Shown: one piece after another, positions 1 to 10,999 of the stretch
Numbering within the stretch: position 1 is the stretch's first letter
How the letters are laid out: every line of letters starts with the position of its first letter
Assembly: GCF_004010195.1 (NCBI RefSeq)
Contig: NC_057752.1
Location: 7,755,651 to 7,787,121 of the forward strand
DNA from: Chiloscyllium plagiosum
Taxonomy: Eukaryota
Direction: 5' to 3'
DNA length: 31,471 nt
Position numbers and translations under genes: made by a program
The notes under the pieces: generated by a model
Databases searched by the model: none
What the model was told of the DNA's origin: nothing
The model's input: the letters and a program-made list of their open reading frames with translations, nothing else

Positions 1-63
1 GCCGTAAAGCGCTTTGGGATATCCTGAGATTATGAAAGACACTACAGAAATGCAGCTTTTTTT
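1..63 (+). mobile_element. 3' tail of a SacSINE1-like DeuSINE (truncated by window start)
   Basis: gtaaagcgctttgggatatcctgag...gaaagacactacagaaatgcagctttt resembles the DeuSINE/SacSINE1 3' tail. A related tail occurs at 8150-8180. Confidence 0.6.
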
Positions 64-796
64 AACCTATCTGTAAATGTAGAAAATGTTATGGTATTTT
101 GATACTTTGAACACACTGCCTGTTTGTTTGTTGTCTTTCCCTGAGTTTTCATTGTTAATACGATAAAGGAACTCCTTCACCCTGACTGTGTGGTTATGAT
201 GAGGAATTCCACACAAAACATTCATCTTTCATGCTATGGCCGCCCTGAATCTGCAGCATTTCTTTTTGGTTTTTTTTCCCACTTGATGTTTTATGGACCA
301 TGGATTTGAATGAATTCATGTTTGAATTCTTAGAAATAGAATAGATCATTGTTAACAATGTTCATCCCCATGGCCCGGCTGATTGCATTATTTTATACTG
401 GATATTAAAATATTGTGCCAGCAGAACAGACTAAAATTAAAGTTTTTTGTTTTTATTTTAGACCAGAGATTATAAGCAATATGTCCAAATAGTTGCTCTA
501 CATGTCAACTCTTTAATTCTTGGCATTAAATGACTATTCAAACCCTGGGGATTGTAAACAACTATCGATTGTTCCACCAGCTTTCTGAGCAATCTTTCAC
601 TAGTGCTACCTCAGCAGTCAATATTTGGACAATATGAGACAGTTCTATTTGATTTAAGCCAGATTGGAATTTTCCTGTTTAGTAGTCCAAGTGAATCCAA
701 GCAGTTTTCTTTAAGCATTCCCCTTTTAACCATTCTATGAAAATACACTGCAGAGTAAGTAGGGTTTCACATACTGGAACATTTAGTTTTGTTATG

Positions 797-849
797 AGAG
801 GTTGCAAGAACAGAGAAATTGGATTAAACAACTGCAATGTGGAATTAGC
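797..849 (+). repeat. 53-bp dispersed direct repeat, copy 1 (copy 2 at 2019-2071)
   Basis: agaggttgcaagaacagagaaattgga(t/g)taaacaactgcaatgtggaattagc, 52/53 identical, 1222 bp apart. Confidence 0.95.
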
Positions 850-1262
850 CCTGGCTAAGAGGATATAAATCAGAAGAAAGAACTCTGGCTAATCTTTCCT
901 AATGAAAGCACATCCTAGGTTAGATCAGCAAAAGCCTCATAAACTTGGAATTGTACCTGGGACTTCCTGCTTTGTTGCTCGTTGCTTTAGCAATCTACTC
1001 TATTAGAGGAATTGCTTTGATGTGTTCACAATGATACAGTGGGAAAAGAGCTTTAACATGTAACTGAGAATATTTCTTGGCAAAACCTGATTTCATTCAT
1101 TTAATAATCTCAGCTATTGTTTATCATACTTGGATTACTTCTCATTAGTGTATAGGGGAACTGTTTAAATGACAGTTACTAGAAATGTCACGAAATAGTG
1201 AAGGAGTTGGGGTAGGGTTGGCTAACCCTATCGCAGGAGTTTTATTTTTCTCTATAACCAAT

Positions 1263-1432
1263 AAGAACAGCTTGCATGTATATAACACGTTTAACATAGT
1301 AAGAGATCAGAAAACACTTCGTAACAGCATAATCAGACAAAATTGACACTCAGTTAATGTAGGACACAAAAGCTTTGTCTAAAAGTTAGGTTTAAAGGAG
1401 GAGGGAAACACAGAGATTTAGGGAGGAGACTG
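1263..1432 (-). mobile_element. Old L2/CR1-group LINE 3' fragment (tail shared with the DeuSINE)
   Basis: cttgcatgtatataacacgtttaac...cagacaaaattgacac...ttaaaggaggag...gatttagggagg is the reverse complement of a LINE 3' end ending tatatacatgcaag. Confidence 0.5.
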
Positions 1433-1500
1433 CATATGGCTTTTTTTTATATTAGTGACATCTTCTGGCCTTGACACCAAACAGGATCTAATATGCATAC

Positions 1501-1600
1501 AAAAACAAAATACAGTGGATGAGAAATACTCAGCAGATTTGTCAGAATCTGTGGAGAGAAAAACACAATTAATGTTTCAGGTTTATGACCTTTCATCGAG
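1501..1600 (-). mobile_element. Decayed PLE pLTR end with degenerate hammerhead motif
   Basis: Minus strand reads ctcgatga-aaggtc-ataa-acct-gaaac-att, followed by ttctctccacagattctgacaaatctgctgagtatttc. Homologous to 6536-6660. Confidence 0.65.
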
Positions 1601-1894
1601 TGTGCATACCTTTTCACTCTATCTTTTAGCAGGAACATTTACTATATGTATGAGAGAAAAATATTCACATTCACAGACTACTCCACTGAGCTTTCCCACT
1701 GATTCATGCTCTTGATTATGACTTTTTTACAAAAGGTCATACAAGTACCAAGAAGCTTAAAATTAGAATGACATTGAATTTACAGCACAGCAACTAGTGA
1801 TTTGGCTCAGCTGCTCTATATGTTGGTGTTTATGATGTACATAAGCTTCCTCACACTCTCCTTTATCTAACCATATCAATAGAATCAATACTGA

Positions 1895-2132
1895 ATTATA
1901 AAGAGGAAGGTTTTCAGCAATTTGTTTTCCCTGAAGAGTTTAGACTATGGCATACCGTACTGCAAGTAGCTATAATATTAACTCCTTCACAATTGGATAA
2001 ATATCTAAAGAAAGCATAAGAGGTTGCAAGAACAGAGAAATTGGAGTAAACAACTGCAATGTGGAATTAGCACAGACATGGTCACAACAGGTCAAATGGC
2101 CTTTTCCTATGTTGAAATTCTAACAATTCTAT
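1895..2132 (+). mobile_element. Old CR1 LINE 3' end
   Basis: ttggataaatatcta...ggtcaaatggccttttcctatgttgaaattctaacaattctatg is a typical CR1 3' UTR with an attctatg tail. Contains copy 2 of the 53-bp repeat. Confidence 0.6.
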
Positions 2133-4206
2133 GGTAAATCCTGTCGATAAATAATATTAATGACTAGACTCTGTTGGTGTTGTAATAGGCAGGACACACA
2201 AAATGTTTGTTCATTAAAATCAAGGTGGTGTGCAAATTCTGTGCACTTTGTGTAATATTCACATGATGTTTCAGTACTGAATGGTGATATCCATATTAAA
2301 CTTGTGGTATATGACAACAGAGGTTTTCATATGTTTGTGTGCAAATATATCAAAATGTTCACAGATTGCAATGGTAATTAGAGGTCAGATTGTCTTAGAC
2401 AATCAATATGATTTGTTTCTCTGTAACACAAGACATACCGTCATTCTGCAGTAGTGAGAGTTTGTCAGTTACAAATCTTCTTAATTATCAGCATAATTTG
2501 AGCTGCTGTCTAATATCAATACCCTTCTATGACAAGAACTCAGTTTAACCAGTCTGCAGTAAATAATAATAATTCTGTATGAAATCATTTGCCTCAGAAA
2601 TTAATGGGTCAGATTTGACTGCCTACCTGTGCCATGGATTGTGTATCTGTCCCGGTGCCAACTCCTCTGCCACGTATATTGTTAGCCAATCTAGGTTACC
2701 TTAGATATTATTTTCCATCAAGGAGATAAAGTATGAGAGCAGAGGAAGTTGTGCCAGTGTTATTTACGTATCTTTCATCTGTGAATATGTTTTGTAAATA
2801 TTGTATACACTGGCAAAAGTAGTGAGCCCCAGCATGGGGGCAGAGTTCACATGTGAGGCATATTCCATTGTCAGTTTTTACATTGAATACTGTTCAGTGA
2901 AGTCTTGCCACAGTAATAGAATACAATGAGCCAGCTTACAGCTTTATATAACTCAAAGGATTAATTAAGAGGGCTTTGAGTAGCAATGCAATGATAATGA
3001 CCAAGAAATTAGAGCATAACATGAATCCATATTCAAGTTTCAATGCCATTTTTATGCTGGTTATGATTTTTAAATCTACATTAAATTGAATGTGAATAAA
3101 GATCCTATTAGAAATGTGTCCCATGAGAGTTGCCTTAAACAATTATGACAGCAATTTTTAAACGTTGCAAAATGAAGAGATGAAAGTGAAAGGTCTTTAA
3201 TACAGAACATCATCAAGGTTTGAAGACAAGATAGAATGAGAAGTATGGATTTTGTAATGCCAGACTCATGTTTTAAAAGCCTGAAAATTGAAGGAAGAAG
3301 AGATGAGGGAAATGAAGAGTTCCATGTTTTGAGGATCTAAGAAGAAAGTGGCCTGACATCCGCACATTGAGCATAAAATGAAAATAAGGAGCACGTGAGA
3401 CAGTTTATTTGTAGTTCAGAAGAAACAATACAGGAAGGTTTAGAGTCTCTTAGGCCATTATGGAATAGAATAAAGAAAAGTATATAATGGTGAGACCTGT
3501 AAGCTCGAGGTTTTTGTTTTGTCCGTTGGTGCAGTGTAGCAAGAAAGGTGCCTAAAGACCTTCATCCTGATATGCAATCATTATTTAATATCCTAGTTCG
3601 AAACAATTCAGTTAGGCAATGTAGTCTGATGCCACCTGACATGTCCTTAGGTACTCTGGATAAATTCTTGGATGCAGGTAAAGAAAATTGCTGCATCTTC
3701 TAGTCATCTTTCACCTTAACAAGCGCAAACAAGGCAATGTGTGGGATAGTTTTCTTTATGTATAGCTCTGAAGAACAGCATAATGCCTCTTTTAAGCTGC
3801 ACGATTGATCATGTGTTGAGAAAGTGAAGAAGGGGTAAATCAACAATTGGTGTTGACAGTTGATGTCTTGGGACCTGTCAAGGGTAGACTCAGGGACACA
3901 TCATATTAGAAAGTGAGGCCCCAGACAGTGCTGAATGTTCCTGCCAAGCACTGAGCAGCAACATTGTATTGCAGAAATCATATCTTAAAATTAGTCTTTT
4001 GCACTATGTATTTGTTTAGAAAACAAATACTATGCAGCTTGACAAACCCTTATGTAATTTACTTGTCCATTCAGGTGTATTTAAATTCATGGCAATTTAG
4101 TTCAAGTCGAGTATAAAAAGCCTTGTACGAAAAGGTGTAAAGGAATTTAGGTATAAGCTGAATTCCTGAATACTGCACCTGCTATTGTACTGAGCCAAAC
4201 TAATAG

Positions 4207-4291
4207 GGGTGGCATGGTGGCTGTGTGGGAGTTTGCACGTTCTCCGTGTGTCTGCGTGGGCTTCCTCCCACAATCCAAAGATGTGCAGGTC
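4207..4291 (+). mobile_element. HE1 (V-SINE) fragment, internally deleted, running into the gap
   Basis: gggtggcatggtggct is joined directly to the V-domain gtgtgggagtttgcacgttctcc...tccaaagatgtgcaggt. It lacks the tRNA-like segment present in 6715-7044. Confidence 0.85.
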
Positions 4292-4791
4292 NNNNNNNNN
4301 NNNNNNNNNNNNNNNNNNNNNNNNNNNNNNNNNNNNNNNNNNNNNNNNNNNNNNNNNNNNNNNNNNNNNNNNNNNNNNNNNNNNNNNNNNNNNNNNNNNN
4401 NNNNNNNNNNNNNNNNNNNNNNNNNNNNNNNNNNNNNNNNNNNNNNNNNNNNNNNNNNNNNNNNNNNNNNNNNNNNNNNNNNNNNNNNNNNNNNNNNNNN
4501 NNNNNNNNNNNNNNNNNNNNNNNNNNNNNNNNNNNNNNNNNNNNNNNNNNNNNNNNNNNNNNNNNNNNNNNNNNNNNNNNNNNNNNNNNNNNNNNNNNNN
4601 NNNNNNNNNNNNNNNNNNNNNNNNNNNNNNNNNNNNNNNNNNNNNNNNNNNNNNNNNNNNNNNNNNNNNNNNNNNNNNNNNNNNNNNNNNNNNNNNNNNN
4701 NNNNNNNNNNNNNNNNNNNNNNNNNNNNNNNNNNNNNNNNNNNNNNNNNNNNNNNNNNNNNNNNNNNNNNNNNNNNNNNNNNNNNNNNNNN
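4292..4791. other. Assembly gap (500 N)
   Basis: Run of exactly 500 N. Confidence 1.
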
Positions 4792-4993
4792 CCCCCACAA
4801 CCACCCACCTCCTTACTCCTACACTTCCTATCCACCACCACAGAAGTCAGTCTTGAATGCAGCATATTCCTGACTGTGTGTTATTGGATTTATTCCAATC
4901 CACCAAACATATTCCGGATTATATCATGTCATACTGTGTGACACATCCTACCCCAGGTATTCTCTCACGTGTCACACCTTTCACTCAGTGTAA

Positions 4994-5453
4994 TCATAGA
5001 GTCACTCAGACAAACAGCATAGAAACAGGCCCTTCAGCCCACCATGTCTGTGCTGACCAACAGACACCAAACTAAACTAATCCCATTTACTTGCACTTGG
5101 TCCAGAGCCTATTATACTCTGGCAATTTGGTCTTAGAAATGCCAGCCATGGGGAAGAGATTCTCACAATCTACACTGTCCGTGCCTCTCATAATTTTGTA
5201 CATGTCAGTCAGAACCCCCTCAGCCTTCTCTGCTCCAGGGAAAACAAATCCAGCCTATCCAGTCTCTCCTCATAACTGAGACTTTCCATTCCAGGCAACT
5301 TCCTGGTGAATGTCCTCTGCCTCTCCTCCAGTTCAATCACATTCTTCCTATAGTATGGTGACCAGAACTGTGCTCTGTAGCCTAACCAATGTCTTATAAA
5401 ATTGTAACAAGACGTCCTTGCTCCTATATTCCACTCCCCAGCTAAACAAGGCC
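4994..5453 (-). mobile_element. CR1 LINE 3' fragment
   Basis: Reverse complement gives CR1 ORF2 C-terminal remnants (QFWSPYYRK, SYEERLDRLDLFSLEQRRL) and a 3' UTR ...gggcctgtttctatgctgt...gactctatg. Confidence 0.88.
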
Positions 5454-5454
5454 T

Positions 5455-5615
5455 TCATCCCATTTTCTGGATCACTCTGCCTTTATTCCTGATGAAGGGC
5501 TTTTGCCCGAAACGTCGATTTTGCCTGTCCTCGGATGCTGCCTGAATTGCTGTGCTCTTCCAGCACCACTGATCCAGAATCTGGTTTCCAGCATCTGCAG
5601 TCATTGTTTTTACCA
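5455..5615 (+). mobile_element. PLE pLTR 3'-end fragment (non-autonomous)
   Basis: Homologous to the pLTR at 31360-31450: attcctgatgaagggc...gcccgaaacgtcg...ggatgctgcctga..tgctgtgct.ttccagca, plus a terminal tail ccagcatctgcagtc. Confidence 0.85.
5485..5520 (+). ncRNA. Minimal type I hammerhead ribozyme motif, intact core
   Basis: CUGAUGA (5489-5495), extra A, stem II GGGC-UUUU-GCCC, GAAAC, GUC cleavage triplet (5514-5516), self-complementary ACGU stem III. Stem I is weak (AUUC/GAUU). Confidence 0.75.
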
Positions 5616-6056
5616 CAATGTTACAAAGAGTCGATTTTATTTTTATATATTTACTTTGCACAAAAAATATTATTTCGCACCAAAATTATCATCTAACCTT
5701 CAAAGATTTATTTGCTATTATACATTGGCACCTATTATTTAAATTCTCTCAGGTTCATTGTACACAGATTTTCTGTTCCAGCATATAAACTTCTGTGGCA
5801 GCCTGAGGATTTGCAGTATTGCTGTTGTGATTTTGTAGATGTCTCATAGGATTGTGAAAACTGTTTTAAGAAGCCTTCTTGGATCATCTGTAAATTCCAG
5901 AGGGTTTGTACTAAAACACTAGGACAATTTCAAAGCGCTGTGGCCGTTTTGGTATGAGCAATAACTCATTTAAGGATTTCATGGAAGATGGAATTTTATT
6001 ACAGCTAAATTTGGAGCAATCCACTTTTACTTATGAACCTGGGTGGAACATTCACA

Positions 6057-6392
6057 GGTGGTGTGATAATGGTAATATCACTGGACAAGTTACCCAGAGG
6101 CCTAGGTAAATGCTCTAAGGATGTAGGCTCATTTTCCACCATAGTAGGTAGTGAAATTTGAATTCAGTGAATGAAATCTGTAATTAAACGCTAACTTAAT
6201 ATGACTATGAAAACATCTGATTCACAAATGCCCTTTAGGGAAGGGCATCCTTACCTGGTCTGGATTACATACGACTCCAGACCTATGTGGTTGATTCTGA
6301 ACTTCCCTGTAAATAGCTTGGCCAGCTGTTCAGTTCAAGGGCAATTGGGGATGGGCAAAAACGATTGGCGAGCCAATGTTGCCCACATGTTG
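6057..6392 (+). mobile_element. tRNA-derived SINE (same family as 21334-21632)
   Basis: Degenerate tRNA-like head, body ...tttgaattca...gccctttagggaagg...tgtggttgattctgaac, and tail tcaagggcaattggggatgggcaa...gcccacat shared with the LINE at 11612-11925. Confidence 0.7.
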
Positions 6393-6535
6393 ATCTGTAA
6401 CTTCATTTCACACAGCAGCTTACGCTGCGTTTGGGTTGATGATACTCTGATCACACACCACCAAAAGAGAGTTCGGATTAGATGTGCGTGTACAACTTTC
6501 TTCTAATGATTCAATTTAAAATTGAACTTTTGAAA

Positions 6536-6660
6536 TTCTGAAGAAGTTATATCGGATTTGAAACATTAACTCTCTCTCTGTCTCTCTCTCTCTCTCTCCA
6601 CAGATGCTGCAAGACCTGCTGAGTTTCTCTACCACTTTCTGTTTTGGTTCCAGATCTCAG
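6536..6660 (+). mobile_element. Decayed PLE pLTR end with degenerate hammerhead and an expanded (CT)n tract
   Basis: ctgaagaa...gaaacatta, (CT)n at 6570-6598, then ccacagatgctgcaagacctgctgagtttctctaccactttctgttttggttccagat. Confidence 0.7.
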
Positions 6661-6714
6661 GTGGCATGGTAGCACTTGGGCATATTTCAGCACATGGGGC
6701 ACAGATTTAATTTT

Positions 6715-7044
6715 GGGCGGCATGTTGACTCAGTGGTTAGCACTGCTGCCTCACAGCGCCAGGGACCTGTGTTTGATTCCAGCCTCGGGCAACTGTCTGT
6801 GTGGAATTTGCACATTCTCCCTGTGTCTTGCGTGGGTTTCCTCCGGGTGCTCTGGTTTCACCCCACAGTCCAAAGATGTGCAGGTTAGGTGGATTGGCCA
6901 TGCAAAATTACCCATAGTGTTTAGGGATGTGTAGGTTAGGCGCATTAGTCAGGAGAACAGGTCTGGGTGGGTTACTCTTTGGAGGGTCGGTGTGGACTGG
7001 TTGGGCCAAATGGCCTGTTTCCAAACTGTAGGGATTCTATGATT
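6715..7044 (+). mobile_element. HE1 SINE (V-SINE superfamily), near full length
   Basis: tRNA-like head (tgactcagtgg A-box, gtttgattcc B-box), V-domain (tgtgtggaatttgcacattctccc...gggtttcctccgggtgctctggtttc...ccacagtccaaagatgtgc), CR1-derived tail gggccaaatggcctgtttcc..ctgtagggattctatgatt. Confidence 0.92.
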
Positions 7045-7108
7045 TCCAGCATTGCAGGATTTTGCTTTTATTACAATAGCCTGAATGATTGTTTGATCTC
7101 ACTGATAA

Positions 7109-7312
<204 letters not shown>

Positions 7313-8327
7313 GTAGAGGCACCTTTGTGTTATTTTGCAGACCAACCAGGGAAGAATGTGTTTAGTGTCGATCAGAAGGTCAAATGGAACACAGAATTAG
7401 CAAACCCCCAAGATCCTAACTGTTCAGTTGTTCAGTAGATAAATCAAAGATTCTTTTGCAATTTTATTTCTTGCTTCAAAATAACTTTTTCTTCATTTTA
7501 GTGTATCAAGCTATTAACAATGTGAGAGCAGTATGTAAAATACTGTGATAAGCAAAAGCACTGGCGCTAAACAACTGTATATAAAAATCCAGAGGGTTAA
7601 ATAATGATGAACACCAATTAACTAACATGGCACAATCTGACTTTATGGCAGGTATGTGTGCCAGAAGCATATCTGACATTAACTTTAATTAAATTTCAAC
7701 CCAATAGTATGCTTTATATAATTTGACAGGTAAAGCTCCATTATTTAACCTAAAAAACAAAAGTTCCAAATCCTGATACTGCATCTTAATTTTTTTTCCT
7801 GCTTTATACAAGTAACCTATTCCACTGGATGATGTCATGTTTATATCAGCAGTGGAAAGAGCCTGGCTGTCAATTAACCCATGATATCATCAGTGGTGAT
7901 ATTGTCCACTGAGATTATGGGCAGCAATATAAACTTGGTAAAAAATTGCCAGGCTCAATCTGCCTGTTCTAATAGTTCAGGTGGATGTTAAAGAACCTAT
8001 GGCACTACTTTCTCCCTTAGCTAGCAACCTGAATAAACTATTGACGGGCCAATCATCTCATTTCTATTTTTGGGATCTTGCTTGCGCAAAATGGCTGCTG
8101 CATTCGCCTATGTAACAACAATCACTGCACTTCAAAGAAGCTCATTGTGATAAGGCGCTATGTTCATGCAAGTCTCTTTTCTCTTGCCTAATTTGAATGG
8201 TGCTGTTTTTCTACGTATTAACCATCTATATTCCCAGCAATTACCAAGATGAAATTTATGAAATATTTGTTCTTTTTGCTGGCTGCACCCTGTTGCTAAT
8301 ATCACTTTAATTTGCAAAATAAATAAA
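7313..8327 (+). other. Probable 3' UTR of the C1QL gene, end uncertain
   Basis: Follows the stop codon and is AU-rich. Candidate poly(A) signals are ATTAAA 7688-7693 and AATAAA at 8032, 8318/8322, 8580 and 10134. Confidence 0.45.
7950..8180 (+). mobile_element. SacSINE1-like DeuSINE fragment
   Basis: Deu-domain-like caggtggatgttaaagaacctatggcacta and tttttgggatcttgcttgcgcaaaatggctgc...acaacaatcactgcacttcaaa, with tail aaggcgctat...atgcaagtct. Confidence 0.72.
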
Positions 8328-9496
8328 AGGTCCAAGAGTTAGCATAAAAATATAAGCGTGAAAATGTTTACTTTCAACATTATTTAGGTAGGAGTTTCAC
8401 CTCCTGCAGTTCACCAGTCCTAGTCTTACCTTTATCATAAACTGGCACAGTCCTGTTAGCAGACCATCACTTCCACTCTTCTAGGTGTTGTGAAGTCTTA
8501 TCATGGAAGTCAGCTTCCGTTTATCAGTAAGATGATTTGCCTTTATCCTTGACAACATTGTATGCCTTGTCAGTGAACCAATAAACAAAGGAAGGTTCCA
8601 ATAGAAAGAAGAAATATAAGAGTATATATTCTTGATCAGCATTGCTCTCATGCAATTAAAATGTTTGTCTGAAATTACTGTGTGCTTTTTTAAAATTCAA
8701 TTGCACACACAAATTTCAGTATTAACATAATAAGTATGTGTATCAAAATATTTATAGGACATTTGTAACTCTGCATGAGAATCTTAATCTTACTAAACCT
8801 GGCTGAAGTTAGAATTTGGCAGAATCTGGTGATACCAAAATTCTGCAACAAACACAGGAGGTCTTTTAAGTGTTTTTTTCTGCTTGGAATTGCTGTACAA
8901 TTGGTCACTGACAGAATGAACATTGTTAATTACTCACCAGAAAGATGAGCAGTTCTGTAATTCTGAGTGACTTACAGATGTTTTGCCTGTATAAATTACC
9001 CAGAAAACCACACAGATCTGCAAAATCATTGAATGGGACTCCATAAATGAGAATGCTAAAAATGCTTAACTTGTTGACTAGTGCATTCAAGTTCTCAAAA
9101 TTGATTTTGACCTTGTTTCCCATGTTTGCACACATTTATGAATATTGCAGTTGAAATTCCTTATGATTAAATTATTAGTTTCTTCTAATCTTGAGTATGC
9201 ACCCCATGGAGCGCAAGGTTAATAGTGATTAATTCTATGAAAAATACAGTAGACTAGAACATCACCAGCCTGAGGCTGTGTGTGATATCTGATGGTCCTT
9301 ACATGAATTCAAAATCTTCTCTTAACCTAGTTTTAGCACTGTGTCAAATTAAGTTAGAGTTTTAGGGGCCCCCTTGCAAATTCTGCACAGATAGACATTC
9401 AAAATGGCTAAAAATGCTAATTATTTAACACAAGAATTAATAATAAGATGATACCTTCATGTAAATAGGGCTAATGTAATTGAACTGAAAGGAAAT

Positions 9497-9875
9497 GAAG
9501 AAGGATGACAGATGACTTGATAGAGGTGTACAAGATGATGAGAGGCGTAGATAGAGTGGATAGCCTGAGACTTTTTCCCAGGCCAGAAATGGCTATCAAG
9601 AGGGGACACAATGTTAAGGTAATTGGAGGAAAGTTTAAGGGAAATGTCAAAGGTAGGTTCTTTACACAGTGAGTGGTGGGTGTGTGGAATGCACTGCTAG
9701 CAGTGGTAGTAGAGTCAGATACATTAGGGACATTTAAGCGAATCTTGGATAGACACATGGATGATAGTAAAATGAAGGGATTGTAGGTTAGTTTGACCTT
9801 ACAGTAGGATAAGAGGTCGGCATAACATCGAGGGTTGAAGGGCCTGTATTGTGCTGTACTGTTTTATGTTCTATG
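9497..9875 (+). mobile_element. CR1 LINE 3' fragment
   Basis: Translates to RRMTDDLIEVYKMMRGVDRVD..LFP...RGHNVKV...RFFTQ*VVGVWNAL...TFKRILDRHM, followed by 3' UTR gaagggcctgtattgtgctgtactgttttatgttctatg. Confidence 0.92.
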
Positions 9876-10999
9876 AAACAAATTTGCCATGCATGTTAAG
9901 TAGACTGGTTTGTACTATGCGCATATCACACATAATAGCATATGCATTGTTCGGTATTTATTACAGAAGTAGTGCTTTGCACAGGATTCAGATGAATCTA
10001 CAGTTGAATCCAGTTTTTTCTGCCAATAAATTCCCAGTTCTTGAATAACATCCCCTTTTTGATGGAGGCTGGTCATCTCACCTGCTTTTTCGTGTTTTAG
10101 AAGCTGGTGATGTACCAAATTCATCCCAAAATGAATAAACTTTCAGCTCTTATTTATTCTTGTATAAATGGGCTGATGTTGTCAGTCACTTCTAATCTGC
10201 ATGAGTACTCGCTGCAAGTACGCTAAGTAAAATTAGTTTGGAAAGTCTGAACCCAGGTAAATTTTTCTAATGAAAACTTTTCTTTGCCTAAGTGATAATG
10301 AATTTGTCTGGGAAAATGATCTAAGGAGAAATAACTTGGTCACAGAAAGTGGCAGGACAATATAAGGGATTCTATGGAGTAGGTACATGACAGTTATTTC
10401 TGCTTTAGTCGTTTTTAACGCCTCCAAGCTTCCCTGCTCCAATGCAGCATGCAAGTTGATATTTATTCCTCAGGTCAACCCCATCACATTGACTTCTGAA
10501 GAAATCAACAATAATATGATACTAAGTAACTTCGCATCAATAATAGCCTGCATACTTTCACTGGAAGGAGAGTAATGTGGGTGGACTTCGGCTGATGTCA
10601 GGATTGCTTTATTTATTATGGATCTCACAGCCAAACAGCTTACTAGCGCATAATGTTTAGAAGAACGATCATGTAGGATGTGGTACTGGAGGTGATTGCC
10701 TCCAGTATACCTTTGATATGCACATAAAAATAAGTTAGTAACAGAATTATATCCCAACTTTACAACAAATACTGTTCATTGTACACAGCATAAAAAAGGT
10801 CTGCAGTCACACATATAGCACAAGTGTAGATGGAAGGTGGACACCATTTACGCAGGAAATGTGTATGACTTATGTAGTTTACTATCCATTTGAGATACCG
10901 GATAAATGTATATTAGCTCCCTCACTGTCAAATCAGCTGGCTCCTCTCAGAAAATATTGTCTTCTCTATTAGCAATGTTTTCCTGCTATCAAGAATCAC

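Noticed and set aside
4097..4941. Six long ORFs (215-238 aa)
   Set aside because: Artefacts of the 500-N gap. The flanks are SINE and non-coding sequence.
6715..6790. tRNA gene (also 15718, 21334, 28176)
   Set aside because: These are tRNA-derived SINE heads continuing into SINE bodies, with no intact cloverleaf.
6644..6945. ORFs overlapping 6644-6945 (and similar ones at 15725-15949)
   Set aside because: Chance frames in HE1 SINEs.
8385..9115. Possible ancient MITE (ggtaggagtttc ... tgattttgacc)
   Set aside because: The terminal match is too weak and there is no TSD.
10470..10757. 95-aa minus ORF and the small hairpin tactggagg/cctccagta at 10684-10707
   Set aside because: No recognisable protein, and a single 9-10-bp stem is expected by chance in 31 kb.
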